Shown one piece after another: positions 39,458 to 49,518 of a stretch of 64,000 bases of DNA. Source of the DNA: Prolixibacteraceae bacterium (GTDB lineage: Bacteria; Bacteroidota; Bacteroidia; Bacteroidales; Prolixibacteraceae); NCBI GenBank assembly GCA_039679975.1, contig JBDKTZ010000135.1, forward strand, positions 9,394 through 73,393, in the 5' to 3' direction. Position 1 is the first letter of the stretch. Each line of letters opens with the position of its first letter. The translations under genes and the position numbers were made by a program. The notes under the pieces were generated by a model. That model was not told the DNA's origin. It saw only the letters and a program-made list of their open reading frames with translations, and searched no databases.

Positions 39458-40441
39458 TTATGCAAATTGCATATAAATGACTAGTCCGATAAAAATTAGA
39501 ATAAACAAATTTCCAAGAAACCGGCTTCTTATACCGATCAGGTAATTAGAGAAGAGAAAAGTTAAGGGGATAGCCATGATCACCAGAATTTCCTGTGAAA
39601 CTGCGGGAATCAGGAAAAAGAGCATCATGGAAATCAAAAAGATCACAAAAAAAATCTTGAAATACTTTCTGGTGCTGCTCTTTTTGGCGTCATATTGTCC
39701 AATCAGAAAAAAACTGCACCATAAGGTGGTAAACGTTAAAAAAGCCAGATAAATCTGGAAAGTAATACTTCCCTGAAGGAACTGGTTTGATGTAACCAGA
39801 TTTTTAATGATAACAGACTGAAGTTCATCCACTGAATCAGTCATAAAGTACCAGGTAAAAGCAAACAACCAAGGTAATGCCATTCCTACGAGTAACAGAG
39901 CGAAATCACGCCATTCCCTTGTTTTCCGAAGCAGAAAAAAAGCCACCCAGATCACCGGCAGGTAGAAAATAAGATTCAGATAAAACAATGAACCCAGCGA
40001 CAGATAAAATCCCGGGTCAAATGAATTCGGATTTTCTTTTTCATTTTCGGCAACATTAAATATGCGGTCAATGCACAACAGCAAAAAGAAAGCTCCGAAA
40101 TAAACGGGATGGAGCGTATGCAGGCTCAAAACCCCGCTTACGATAAGCACAAAAATATTTGACGGTAAAAAGGTCCGGATCTGGATAAAATCATACGCTG
40201 TATTCAGGTGCAGGATCATGAATGCCAGTAAAATAAAAAGTATAAGCCCGACCACGTTATTGACAACCGGCAATCCTTCCAGTACCTGATGGATCAGATG
40301 ATAAAGAGGCATATCACTTTCACCCTCAAAAAAGGGGAAGAAGCCTGGCGAAAGGAATGATCTTAACCAGAGCACCAAAACCATGACCGGCATCAGTACA
40401 AAATGATATGGCTGATTACTTTTTAGGACCCTGAGTATCAT
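39458..40441 (-). CDS. polytopic membrane protein of unknown function
   Basis: About 9 hydrophobic helices. 327 aa. No catalytic motif recognised. Confidence 0.5.
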   Translation of the reverse strand: MILRVLKSNQPYHFVLMPVMVLVLWLRSFLSPGFFPFFEGESDMPLYHLIHQVLEGLPVVNNVVGLILFILLAFMILHLNTAYDFIQIRTFLPSNIFVLIVSGVLSLHTLHPVYFGAFFLLLCIDRIFNVAENEKENPNSFDPGFYLSLGSLFYLNLIFYLPVIWVAFFLLRKTREWRDFALLLVGMALPWLFAFTWYFMTDSVDELQSVIIKNLVTSNQFLQGSITFQIYLAFLTFTTLWCSFFLIGQYDAKKSSTRKYFKIFFVIFLISMMLFFLIPAVSQEILVIMAIPLTFLFSNYLIGIRSRFLGNLFILIFIGLVIYMQFA

Positions 40442-40444
40442 GAT

Positions 40445-41716
40445 CTACAAATCAAAACCGATATCCTTACGATAATATTTTCCCTCGTAATTAATTTTTT
40501 CGGCACTTGCATAGGAATAGGACAATGCTTCATTCATGGTTGAGCCATATGAGCTGATTGCAATCACACGCCCCCCGTCGGTCACTACACCGGCATCAGA
40601 CCGCCTGGTGCCGGCATGAAAAAGGATGCTGCTGTTTAAATCTTCAAGTCCGCTGATGGGGATCCCTTTCCTGTACGATCCGGGATATCCTCCTGAAACC
40701 AGCATCACTGTGGCCACGGTACGTTCGTCGAACTCAACGCGCTGTGAAGCCATCGTTCCTTCAGCGGCAGCCTCAAGCAGATCAACCAGATCCGACTTGA
40801 TACGCAGCATCACCGCTTCAGTTTCCGGATCTCCCATCCGTACGTTGTATTCAATGACGTAGGGATCTCCTCCGCAATTAATCAACCCGAAAAAGACGAA
40901 CCCGTTATAGCGAATGTGGTCCTGCTGAAATCCATCGATCGTGGGCTTGATGATCCGGTCTTCAACCTTTCTCATAAAATCGCTGCCGGCAAAAGAAACA
41001 GGGCTAACAGCGCCCATTCCCCCCGTGTTCAGCCCCGTATCGCCCTCTCCAATCCGTTTATAATCCTTTGCCTCCGGAAGGATGCAGTAGTCTCTCCCGT
41101 CAGTAATCACGAAAACGGAAAGCTCAATCCCTGACAAAAACTCTTCGATGACCACCTTTTTGCTGGCAGCGCCAAACTGTCCTGCAAGCATCGCTTTAAG
41201 TGAAGCTTTAGCTTCTGCAAGATTATTGATGATCAGCACTCCTTTGCCTGCTGCGAGACCATCTGCTTTCAATACATAGGGGCTTCTGAGTTCATCTAAA
41301 AAAGAGAGGCCGTTTTCCAGGTTTTCGGATGTAACTGTAAAATAACGGGCCGTCGGAATCTGATGCCGCAGCATGAATTCCTTGGCAAAATCCTTACTCC
41401 CTTCCAGTTGTGCACCCTCCTTTTTCGGGCCTACTACCCTGACATGTTTTAAGTCAGCTTCTGCGCCAATAAAATCATGCAATCCTCCCACCAGGGGAAC
41501 TTCAGGGCCAACGACGACCAAATCAATTTTCTTTTCCAGAATCGTGCGTTTTAAACCCGCGAAATCCGTAACTTCAACAGGAATGTTTTCCCCCAACTCA
41601 GCCGTCCCCGCATTTCCCGGCGCAATAAACAAGTTATTCAGCTTTGAAGATTGTTTGATCTTCCAGGCCATGGCATGTTCTCTTCCCCCTGAACCAATAA
41701 GCAAAATATTTAACAT
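40445..41716 (-). CDS. purD: phosphoribosylamine--glycine ligase
   Basis: MLNILLIGSGGREHAMAWK N-terminus and an ATP-grasp core. 423 aa. Confidence 0.92.
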   Translation of the reverse strand: MLNILLIGSGGREHAMAWKIKQSSKLNNLFIAPGNAGTAELGENIPVEVTDFAGLKRTILEKKIDLVVVGPEVPLVGGLHDFIGAEADLKHVRVVGPKKEGAQLEGSKDFAKEFMLRHQIPTARYFTVTSENLENGLSFLDELRSPYVLKADGLAAGKGVLIINNLAEAKASLKAMLAGQFGAASKKVVIEEFLSGIELSVFVITDGRDYCILPEAKDYKRIGEGDTGLNTGGMGAVSPVSFAGSDFMRKVEDRIIKPTIDGFQQDHIRYNGFVFFGLINCGGDPYVIEYNVRMGDPETEAVMLRIKSDLVDLLEAAAEGTMASQRVEFDERTVATVMLVSGGYPGSYRKGIPISGLEDLNSSILFHAGTRRSDAGVVTDGGRVIAISSYGSTMNEALSYSYASAEKINYEGKYYRKDIGFDL

Positions 41717-41748
41717 GATCGTATTTTTTATGATCTGACTGTTTTAAG

Positions 41749-42405
41749 TTAAAATGAAGTACCTTTTAATCCTTTTACCGCCTCAGTCAAAGTTCCGAAC
41801 CTGTAGCCCAATGCCTTCAATTCTTTGATTACAACCGGCAGGGCTGCATAAAGGTTTCTCCTTGCTTTGTAAGAATCATGAAAGATAATGATTGATCCGG
41901 GGCGTACATTCTTCGTAACATTGCGGATAACCGTCTTGGCAGTTAATGATTGATTGTAATCACAGCTCACAATGTCCCACATCACCACCTGGTATTTCCG
42001 GCAAAGTTCCTGATACTGACTAATTTTCAATAAGCCATGAGGAGGACGGAAAAACCGGGAATCGATGAATTGCGCAGCCTTTTCTGTATTCTCCAGATAA
42101 TGCTCTTTCCCTGTCTTCAATCCCTGTAAATGATTATAGGTATGGTTCCCTGTCAGATGCCCTTCATTTAGGATTTGCTGATAGACATCGGGAAACCGCA
42201 TCACATTTTCACCTACGCAAAAGAAACACGACTTTATATTTTCATTCCTCAATAAGTCAAGCACCCAGGGTGTGACCTCAGGGACAGGACCGTCATCGAA
42301 AGTCAGGTAGATCTGGTTTTCACCGGCAGGTCCCGTCCAAAGGGCCCCGGGAAAAAACCTCTTTAAAAACTGAGGTAGCCTTATTCTCGGATCCAAAAAC
42401 TGCAT
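41749..42405 (-). CDS. polysaccharide deacetylase (NodB homology domain)
   Basis: TFDDGP and GNHTYNH motifs. Its ATG overlaps the upstream stop (TAATG). Confidence 0.85.
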   Translation of the reverse strand: MQFLDPRIRLPQFLKRFFPGALWTGPAGENQIYLTFDDGPVPEVTPWVLDLLRNENIKSCFFCVGENVMRFPDVYQQILNEGHLTGNHTYNHLQGLKTGKEHYLENTEKAAQFIDSRFFRPPHGLLKISQYQELCRKYQVVMWDIVSCDYNQSLTAKTVIRNVTKNVRPGSIIIFHDSYKARRNLYAALPVVIKELKALGYRFGTLTEAVKGLKGTSF

Positions 42406-45400
42406 TAATTTTTAGGACTATACCTTTTCAAATAATTATTAAAAGCTTCGGTCATTTCCTTTGCCATTCCGGTTTCTCCGTACTTCATGGCAATCATACT
42501 CATTTCGCGCATGAAATAAAGTATCCGCTGGATTTCTTCATCGACTGAAACGGTAAACTTCGGGTCAAGTGCCAGATAGTACTCCAGCTCATTCCTGTAG
42601 GTACTGAATATCTCTGTCATCATATTTTTCCCCTTTTCCTTGGCGCCGGCAGCAAAATAATTACTGGCTATTTCCTGTGAAAAGTAATTGTACGGAACGA
42701 TGCTGTGAGGAATAAGTTCCAGGTTATGGTCGAGCACCTTAACCGCAGAATCCTTTTTACCTTCTGCAACGAGGCTTTCAGCCAAACGATTGAAATTATT
42801 CCTGATGTTCATCATCATCCGCTGGTTATTTTCATCGATATACACCTTCGGATCATTCATATTACCCCACTTAAACCGATTCATCATCTGATCATACATT
42901 TTAGCAGTATTGACCGATCCGAAATAAATTCCGGAAGATGGCGATTTGACCGGGGTGAAACGGTAAGCGAAACCTTCAAGCTGGAAATAATCCTGTAATC
43001 CCAGGTATTTATCACGTCCTACCGTGATGGCGAAATAAATAGGTCGTTCCCAGTTGGAACTTGCGATCATATCCAATACCATCAGTTCATCTTTTACCAG
43101 GTAGTTCCGGCTTCCAAAATCAATAAATATGGTATCTTCGATCTGATCATATTTTTCGGGAGGAACCACTTTATTCCGGATCACCGCTTCCTTATCCACC
43201 TTGATAAATAATTTCTTGGAAGGAATATATGAAGCGTTGTCGGCCTGACTAAGTTTGGTCCGCGGATCATTGTCCTTAACGAATTCAAGCGCTTTGCTTA
43301 ACTCAACCGCCCCTTTAACTCTTGGGTCACTGAGCAGGTAAACAACATCGCGGGTACCCTGCACGTATTGTTCGTGAATAAAGGAAATCGGCAAAGGGTC
43401 CGACTCATATGCTTTACTTTTCATCTGATCAATGTACCAGTCGGTTTGGAGGTAACTCAGATTACAAACGCGAACATCGGTACGAACGCCTTCAACTTCC
43501 TGATTGTACCAAAGCGGGAAAGTATCGTTGTCACCATTGGTAAAGATCACGGCGTTTTTATCGCAACTCTCCAGATAATTGGCTCCAAAATCACGCGCTG
43601 TATACCGGTTCGAGCGGTCATGGTCGTCCCAATTCTCACTGGCCATAATGCCCGGCACCAAAATGAGACTAATAACAGTCACGCCTGCGGCGGTGATCGT
43701 TTCAGGTACTTTACGTTTCATCCAATCGATCAGCGCGCATACCCCCAGCCCGATCCAAATGGCAAAGGCATAGAATGATCCGGCATAAGCATAATCACGT
43801 TCACGAGGCTGGTGCGGATACTGGTTCAAATAAACCACGATCGCCAGCCCGGTCATAATAAAAAGGAGCATCACCACCCAAAAATCCCGCTGGTGACGAT
43901 TATAATGGTAAAATGCACCCAACAGCCCCAGTATTAACGGCAAAAGGTAATAGGTATTTCTTCCCTTATTGTTTTTCAGGCTGTCCGGTAACGAAGCCTG
44001 ATCGCCCAGACGGAACGAATCGATAAAGTTAATCCCGCTGATCCAGTTGCCATTCACGATGTCACCATGCCCCTGCACATCATTCTGACGTCCCGCAAAA
44101 TTCCACATAAAATAACGCAGGTACATGTGATTAATCTGGTAAGCGAAGAAAAACCGGAGATTTTCACCAAAAGTCGGTAATTGCAAGGTTTGTGTCTGCC
44201 CCTCCTCATCCGTGTATGTGACCGACTTTCCTGAAATCTGTCCCCAGTTCTTATAATCTTCAATATGGTCCGACTGGCGGCTCCACATCCGGGGAAAGAA
44301 CGTCGTATAACGGGAATCATACCTGGGTTTTTGCCTCATATCGGCTACCACATATTTCCCATCCTTCTGAATATAATAAGGTTTGTCGTTAACATAAGGG
44401 GTTTCGCTGTCGAGCGGCGTATTGTAGTAGGGACCGAAAACCAGCGGGCGGTCGCCATATTGTTCGCGGTTCAGATACCCCAGCAGTGAAAAGACATTGT
44501 CCGGACTGTTTTGATCCATCGGCGTGTTGGCTGAAGAACGGATCACGATCATAGCAAATGAAGAATACCCGATCATGATCACAGTCAATGATACCAAAAT
44601 AGTATTCCAAAACACCATTTTCTTTTTCATGGTGTAATGTATCCCAAAGACAATGAGACCGATCAGAAGGGTCGCGTAAATCATGACGCCGGTATTAAAA
44701 GGAAGTCCTATTCCATTCACAAACATGAGTTCAAACCAGGAGGCGACTGTCACGACTCCGGGAATAATGCCGTACATGATCAGAGCAAGAATGATGATTG
44801 AAATTACAAAGCTCACAATGACACCATTCCTTGTTACACGGTATTTTTTGAAATAATAGACGAATACAATGGCGGGAATGGCGAGCAGGTTGAGCAAATG
44901 AATCCCGATTGAAAGACCGACCATGTAGGCGATAAAAATGATCCACCTGTTCGCATGAGGTTCGTTGGCTGTATTTTCCCATTTTAAAATGGCCCAGAAA
45001 ACGACTGCCGTAATCAGTGATGACGACGCGTATACTTCACCTTCAACAGCCGAGAACCAGAATGTATCTGAAAAAGTATAAGCCAAAGCTCCAACCATTC
45101 CACTACCCAAAACGGCGATCACCTGTCCGGTGGTTAGTGCTTCGGCAGAAACCATTTTCCTGGCAAGATGCGTAATGGTCCAAAAGAGAAATAAAATGGT
45201 AAACGCACTGGCCAGAGCCGAAAGCGCGTTAATCATCATGGCGACCTGCGACGGGCCCGCGAACAGACTGAAGAACCGGCCAAGGATCATAAAAAACGGA
45301 GCGCCGGGAGGATGTCCTACCTCAAGTTTATACGAAGTAGTGATGAATTCGCCGCAATCCCAAAAGCTTGCCGTCGGCTCAATAGTTGTCAGATACGTAA

Positions 45401-45500
45401 TTGCCGCAATTACAAATGCCACCCATCCGGCGACATTATTCATGAATCGATAGTTCTTAATCATCCTCCTGATAATTTTATGTTTGCGAAGATAGTACAT
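42405..45500 (-). CDS. DUF2723-family giant membrane protein (GT-C-like putative glycosyltransferase)
   Basis: About 11 N-terminal TM helices with the EPTASFWDCGEF motif typical of DUF2723, and a large soluble C-terminal region. 1031 aa. Confidence 0.7.
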   Translation of the reverse strand: MYYLRKHKIIRRMIKNYRFMNNVAGWVAFVIAAITYLTTIEPTASFWDCGEFITTSYKLEVGHPPGAPFFMILGRFFSLFAGPSQVAMMINALSALASAFTILFLFWTITHLARKMVSAEALTTGQVIAVLGSGMVGALAYTFSDTFWFSAVEGEVYASSSLITAVVFWAILKWENTANEPHANRWIIFIAYMVGLSIGIHLLNLLAIPAIVFVYYFKKYRVTRNGVIVSFVISIIILALIMYGIIPGVVTVASWFELMFVNGIGLPFNTGVMIYATLLIGLIVFGIHYTMKKKMVFWNTILVSLTVIMIGYSSFAMIVIRSSANTPMDQNSPDNVFSLLGYLNREQYGDRPLVFGPYYNTPLDSETPYVNDKPYYIQKDGKYVVADMRQKPRYDSRYTTFFPRMWSRQSDHIEDYKNWGQISGKSVTYTDEEGQTQTLQLPTFGENLRFFFAYQINHMYLRYFMWNFAGRQNDVQGHGDIVNGNWISGINFIDSFRLGDQASLPDSLKNNKGRNTYYLLPLILGLLGAFYHYNRHQRDFWVVMLLFIMTGLAIVVYLNQYPHQPRERDYAYAGSFYAFAIWIGLGVCALIDWMKRKVPETITAAGVTVISLILVPGIMASENWDDHDRSNRYTARDFGANYLESCDKNAVIFTNGDNDTFPLWYNQEVEGVRTDVRVCNLSYLQTDWYIDQMKSKAYESDPLPISFIHEQYVQGTRDVVYLLSDPRVKGAVELSKALEFVKDNDPRTKLSQADNASYIPSKKLFIKVDKEAVIRNKVVPPEKYDQIEDTIFIDFGSRNYLVKDELMVLDMIASSNWERPIYFAITVGRDKYLGLQDYFQLEGFAYRFTPVKSPSSGIYFGSVNTAKMYDQMMNRFKWGNMNDPKVYIDENNQRMMMNIRNNFNRLAESLVAEGKKDSAVKVLDHNLELIPHSIVPYNYFSQEIASNYFAAGAKEKGKNMMTEIFSTYRNELEYYLALDPKFTVSVDEEIQRILYFMREMSMIAMKYGETGMAKEMTEAFNNYLKRYSPKN

Positions 45501-45557
45501 TCTTTGAACACACAGACCAATCAGAATCTGAAATTATCAGGATTTAAACAGCCAAAT

Positions 45558-46451
45558 TCACACGTAATCTTCGGCAAGCACGTCTCCTCTGATCCCGATC
45601 ACCACTTCTTTCACCGGAACCTTTCGCCCGGCCTGGTTCACAGCCATCTGCACCAACTGACTCAACCCGTCGCAACAGGGAACTTCCATGATGACCACCG
45701 TAATCGTATTCACCCTTGCTCCGGTAATTAACCTTGTCAGTTTTTGCAGGTAGACCTCTTTTCCCTGATCCAGTTTGGGACAAGCAATGACGAGTTTTCT
45801 TCCTTTAATAAATTCCTGATGAAAATTTCCATACGAAAAAGCAGCACAATCGGCGGCAACAAGCAAATCAGCTCCTTTAAAGTAAGCAGCATCGGGATTG
45901 ATCAGATGCATTTGTACCGGCCATTGCTGCAACTCCGACTGCCCGGCCATTGCCGGCACGGGGATTGCCATCCGTAAGGAGCGAGGGTCGAAACTTACCG
46001 GCGCTGAACCGGGACAACCACCACCCGAACCGCACGAGGAACCTCCTCCTGCCTGCGACGTCCCGTTATGAACCCTTCCGAGTATGGCAGGAACGTCCAC
46101 CTCCAGTTCATCGGCATGGGCCTTTAAATAGCCTGCCGCTTCTTTCAGCAACCCAAACTCGCCATGTTCTTTTAAATGCTTAAGATGCGCAATGAGCAGA
46201 TTTTCTCCTTTCGGAATCATTTGCCTGATCACAGAAACTTCATCGTACTCTTCTGCTTCCCGTTTTTCAATCTCAATGGCTCCTTCCGGGCAACGACCTA
46301 TGCAGGCTCCCAGTCCGTCACACATCAGTTCGCTGATCAGCCTGGCCTTCCCGTCAATCACCTGTATAGCGCCTTCATGGCAATTCGGGATACAAATTCC
46401 GCATCCGTTGCATAAATCTTCATTTATTTTTACTATCTCGCGTATCATCAT
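45558..46451 (-). CDS. 4Fe-4S dicluster domain protein with Cys-rich C-terminal domain
   Basis: CNGCGICIPNC and CDGLGACIGRCP ferredoxin motifs, a Gly/Ser/Cys linker, and a C-terminal domain with ADC, ACP and PCC motifs. Confidence 0.75.
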   Translation of the reverse strand: MMIREIVKINEDLCNGCGICIPNCHEGAIQVIDGKARLISELMCDGLGACIGRCPEGAIEIEKREAEEYDEVSVIRQMIPKGENLLIAHLKHLKEHGEFGLLKEAAGYLKAHADELEVDVPAILGRVHNGTSQAGGGSSCGSGGGCPGSAPVSFDPRSLRMAIPVPAMAGQSELQQWPVQMHLINPDAAYFKGADLLVAADCAAFSYGNFHQEFIKGRKLVIACPKLDQGKEVYLQKLTRLITGARVNTITVVIMEVPCCDGLSQLVQMAVNQAGRKVPVKEVVIGIRGDVLAEDYV

Positions 46452-46501
46452 GTTTAAGGATTAAATCCGGCAACAAAAATAGAAGATGACTGTTCTCCGG
46501 A

Positions 46502-46519
46502 TTGTACCAAATATTACAA
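46502..46519. promoter_or_regulatory. candidate Crp/Fnr-type operator TTGTAC-N6-TTACAA
   Basis: Inverted repeat with 5 of 6 matching arms. Its centre is ~59 nt upstream of the 4Fe-4S gene ATG and immediately upstream of the regulator ATG. Confidence 0.35.
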
Positions 46520-47212
46520 ATGCTGACGAATATGATCGATTTCGGGATATTATCACATTCTCCGGTATTTGCCGGATTAACTGCAGAACGGCTGTCTTTG
46601 CTGTTTGAGCATGTCCTCTTTCAGATCCGACGGATTGACAAGAATGTCGTGGTGGCTTCGGCAGGAGATGAATGCACTCATCTGATCATCGTCATGACGG
46701 GAGTTGTAAAAGGTGAAATGAACGATTATACGGGCAAAACGCTGAAGATTGAAAATATCGAGGCCCCGCGTCCTTTGGCTTCCGCCTTTCTGTTCGGTAA
46801 GACTAATCGTTTCCCTGTTACAGTCATTTCCAGCACTGAGGTCGAACTACTCTACATCCCGAGAGCCGAATTCCTGAAACTCCTGCAAAATGACCAGCGC
46901 ATTCTGATCAATTACCTGAATTCTATTTCGTCAAGGACTCAGTTCCTGTCGCAGAGAATCCGGTTCCTTTCCTTTAAAAGCATCCGTCAAAAGATCGCCC
47001 ATTATCTCCTCGACCTGGCAGGAGACCGTTTATCGGTCGTTGAATTACCCCTTTCACAGGAAGAACTGGCTGAATTTTTTGGTGTCACCCGTCCGGCTCT
47101 TGCCCGTTCGCTTGGGGAACTGAATCAGGAAGGAGTGATCCAGGTCCATCGCCGTACCATCAGAATCCTGGACAAGCAACAGATGAACAAGCTGCTGGCG
47201 GGTAACGGTTAA
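46520..47212 (+). CDS. Crp/Fnr-family transcriptional regulator
   Basis: cNMP-binding-like beta-roll and C-terminal HTH (ELAEFFGVTRPALARSLGELNQEGVI). The start could be the ATG at 46520 or 46532. Confidence 0.8.
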   Translation: MLTNMIDFGILSHSPVFAGLTAERLSLLFEHVLFQIRRIDKNVVVASAGDECTHLIIVMTGVVKGEMNDYTGKTLKIENIEAPRPLASAFLFGKTNRFPVTVISSTEVELLYIPRAEFLKLLQNDQRILINYLNSISSRTQFLSQRIRFLSFKSIRQKIAHYLLDLAGDRLSVVELPLSQEELAEFFGVTRPALARSLGELNQEGVIQVHRRTIRILDKQQMNKLLAGNG

Positions 47213-47352
47213 ATATAAAGCTCAAGACAGAAAGAACATGGGCACAGAGCAGGAAGTATGGCAGAAAGCAGACCAGACGCCGGAGCCATGGCCTTTACCT
47301 TGTGCGGCAAGCTTTTCGCAGTTTAATAAATTTACAATTTTATAATTTTACA

Positions 47353-48120
47353 ATGGAAGTACAGGATATTGGCCAAAAGTCATTTTTAAGATTTAAAAAC
47401 CTCAATCAACTGGGGGTGTTTCATTTTACCACCACCAGGCAGGGATGGGGAAAGAACGGGTATGCGCGTTTTACCGGCGATAAAGCAGAAAGCTATCAAC
47501 CTTACCGGGAAGAACTGGCCCGGGCAATCGGAATCAGCCGGCAGCAGTTAATTTTTCCCCGCCAGGTTCATGGCCATCGTATTGTTGTTGTAAATCACCC
47601 GGTCAGTTCCGAAATTGCAGGAACCGATGCATTGATAACCAACCGGCGGGGGATTTGTATTTGCGTACAAACTGCAGACTGCGTGCCCATTCTGATCTAT
47701 GATCCCCGCCAACAAGTAGTGGCTGCCGTCCATTCAGGTTGGCGCGGAACCGTGAGCAAGATCGTGGCAAAAACGATTCACCGCATGCAGTTGGAGTTTG
47801 ACTGTGAACCGGAAGACCTGATCTCAGGTATCGGTCCGTCAATTCATCATCATGTTTATGAGGTTGGACAGGATGTCGTTGTTCAGGTCAGAGATAATTT
47901 TCAGAATTTCAAAGAATTACTAAAACCATCAGTTCACGAAGGTAAAGCTTTTTTCGATTTATGGGGAGCCAATAAGACGCTCATGACTGAATCAGGAATG
48001 AAGGAGGAAAACATTGAGATCATGGGGATGTGCTCCTGGTCGCACGATTGGCTTTTCTATTCCGCCCGTCGCGACGGTGCGGCGACCGGACGTATGGCGA
48101 CCGGCATTATGCTGAAATAA
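47353..48120 (+). CDS. pgeF: peptidoglycan editing factor PgeF (YfiH/DUF152, laccase-domain)
   Basis: TADCVPIL, HSGWRG and CSW...FYSARRDG motifs. Start set at the ATG at 47353. Confidence 0.85.
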   Translation: MEVQDIGQKSFLRFKNLNQLGVFHFTTTRQGWGKNGYARFTGDKAESYQPYREELARAIGISRQQLIFPRQVHGHRIVVVNHPVSSEIAGTDALITNRRGICICVQTADCVPILIYDPRQQVVAAVHSGWRGTVSKIVAKTIHRMQLEFDCEPEDLISGIGPSIHHHVYEVGQDVVVQVRDNFQNFKELLKPSVHEGKAFFDLWGANKTLMTESGMKEENIEIMGMCSWSHDWLFYSARRDGAATGRMATGIMLK

Positions 48121-48121
48121 T

Positions 48122-48129
48122 TAATTTTG
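48122..48129 (+). promoter_or_regulatory. -7 promoter box (TAATTTTG) upstream of aspartate kinase
   Basis: TAnnTTTG match 27 nt before the ATG at 48156. Confidence 0.4.
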
Positions 48130-48155
48130 CAGCTTCATCACAAACCACGTCAATC

Positions 48156-49403
48156 ATGAAGGTATATAAATTTGGAGGCGCTTCTGTCAGTTCTGCCCAG
48201 GCCATCAAAAATGTGGCAGCCATCCTGAACTTATTCCCGGGAAAGAAAACCATTGTCATTTCAGCCATGGGAAACACGACTAATGAGCTTGAAAAACTGG
48301 TACGCGCTTATTATAAAAAAGAAAATAATGCTCACGATATCCTGTCATCCATAAAGGAATATCATCAGCAGGTCATGAATGACCTGGAATTGGCGGAAAA
48401 GAATTCAGTCAGGATAATTGAACTGTTCGAACAACTTGGAAAAAGGCTTTACCGCACTCCTTCCCTCCATTTTGACTACGAATATGATCAGATAGTCTGC
48501 TACGGAGAACTGATATCGACAGCTATCATTTCAGAGTTTTTGAATCAATGCGGATTAACAAACAAGTGGATCGATATCCGTGAAAGCCTGCGGACTGATG
48601 AGACGTACCGGGAAGCTGTGGTTGACTGGAAATGGTCGGCTATGCTCATTAATAACAGCTTTAACTTTAATCAGGTCGGGCTGTATATCACTCAGGGGTT
48701 TATTGGTTCAACCACCACGAACCAAACAACAACCCTTGGACGTGAAGGTTCCGATTTTACCGCGGCTATCCTGGGAAATCTGTTGAATGCAGAAAGTGTC
48801 ACGATCTGGAAAAACGTTCCCGGGGTACTGAATGCCGACCCGAACGACTTCCCTGAAACAGAAAAATTACCGGAATTATCGTATAAAGAAGCTATTGAAC
48901 TGGCTTATTCAGGTGCGAAGGTCATTCATCCTAAAACCATAAAGCCCCTGCGTAACAAGAACATTCCGCTGTATGTGAAACCCTTTGATTTTCCGGAACA
49001 GGAAGGGACCATTATCCACGAGGTTGATCATCAGCTTCATCTGGTGCCGATTTACATCATGAAAAAGAAGCAGGCCCTGATCACCCTTTCTCCAAACGAT
49101 TTCTCTTTTATCGGGATCGATGTGTTATCGGAGGTGTTTACACTGTTCAGAAACCGCCGGGTCAAAGTGAACCTCATCCAGCAATCGGCCATCGATCTTT
49201 CCTTGTGCGTCGATGAACCTGAAGTAGGACTGGAAGCCATGATCATGGAGTTACGCAAGGAATTCGATGTTCGCTACAATACCGGGCTCGTATTGGCGAC
49301 CATTCGGTTTTACAATGCAGAAGCCATTTCCCGAATAAAAGATAATCACGAAGTTTTTATGGAACAAAAGAGCAGGAGAACGGCACGACTGGTTCTAAAA
49401 TAA
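48156..49403 (+). CDS. lysC: aspartate kinase
   Basis: MKVYKFGGASV N-terminus, GREGSDFTAA motif, C-terminal ACT-like region. 415 aa. Confidence 0.85.
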   Translation: MKVYKFGGASVSSAQAIKNVAAILNLFPGKKTIVISAMGNTTNELEKLVRAYYKKENNAHDILSSIKEYHQQVMNDLELAEKNSVRIIELFEQLGKRLYRTPSLHFDYEYDQIVCYGELISTAIISEFLNQCGLTNKWIDIRESLRTDETYREAVVDWKWSAMLINNSFNFNQVGLYITQGFIGSTTTNQTTTLGREGSDFTAAILGNLLNAESVTIWKNVPGVLNADPNDFPETEKLPELSYKEAIELAYSGAKVIHPKTIKPLRNKNIPLYVKPFDFPEQEGTIIHEVDHQLHLVPIYIMKKKQALITLSPNDFSFIGIDVLSEVFTLFRNRRVKVNLIQQSAIDLSLCVDEPEVGLEAMIMELRKEFDVRYNTGLVLATIRFYNAEAISRIKDNHEVFMEQKSRRTARLVLK

Positions 49404-49518
49404 GTAAGGAGTAAATTTGTCTTTGCAAAAATATCTCGTTTCACCTAATTGTCGTACCTTTATCAGGATTCCGGTTGACAACCAGAAAGAACCGGTTCAA
49501 ATCCCAATACAATTTCTG

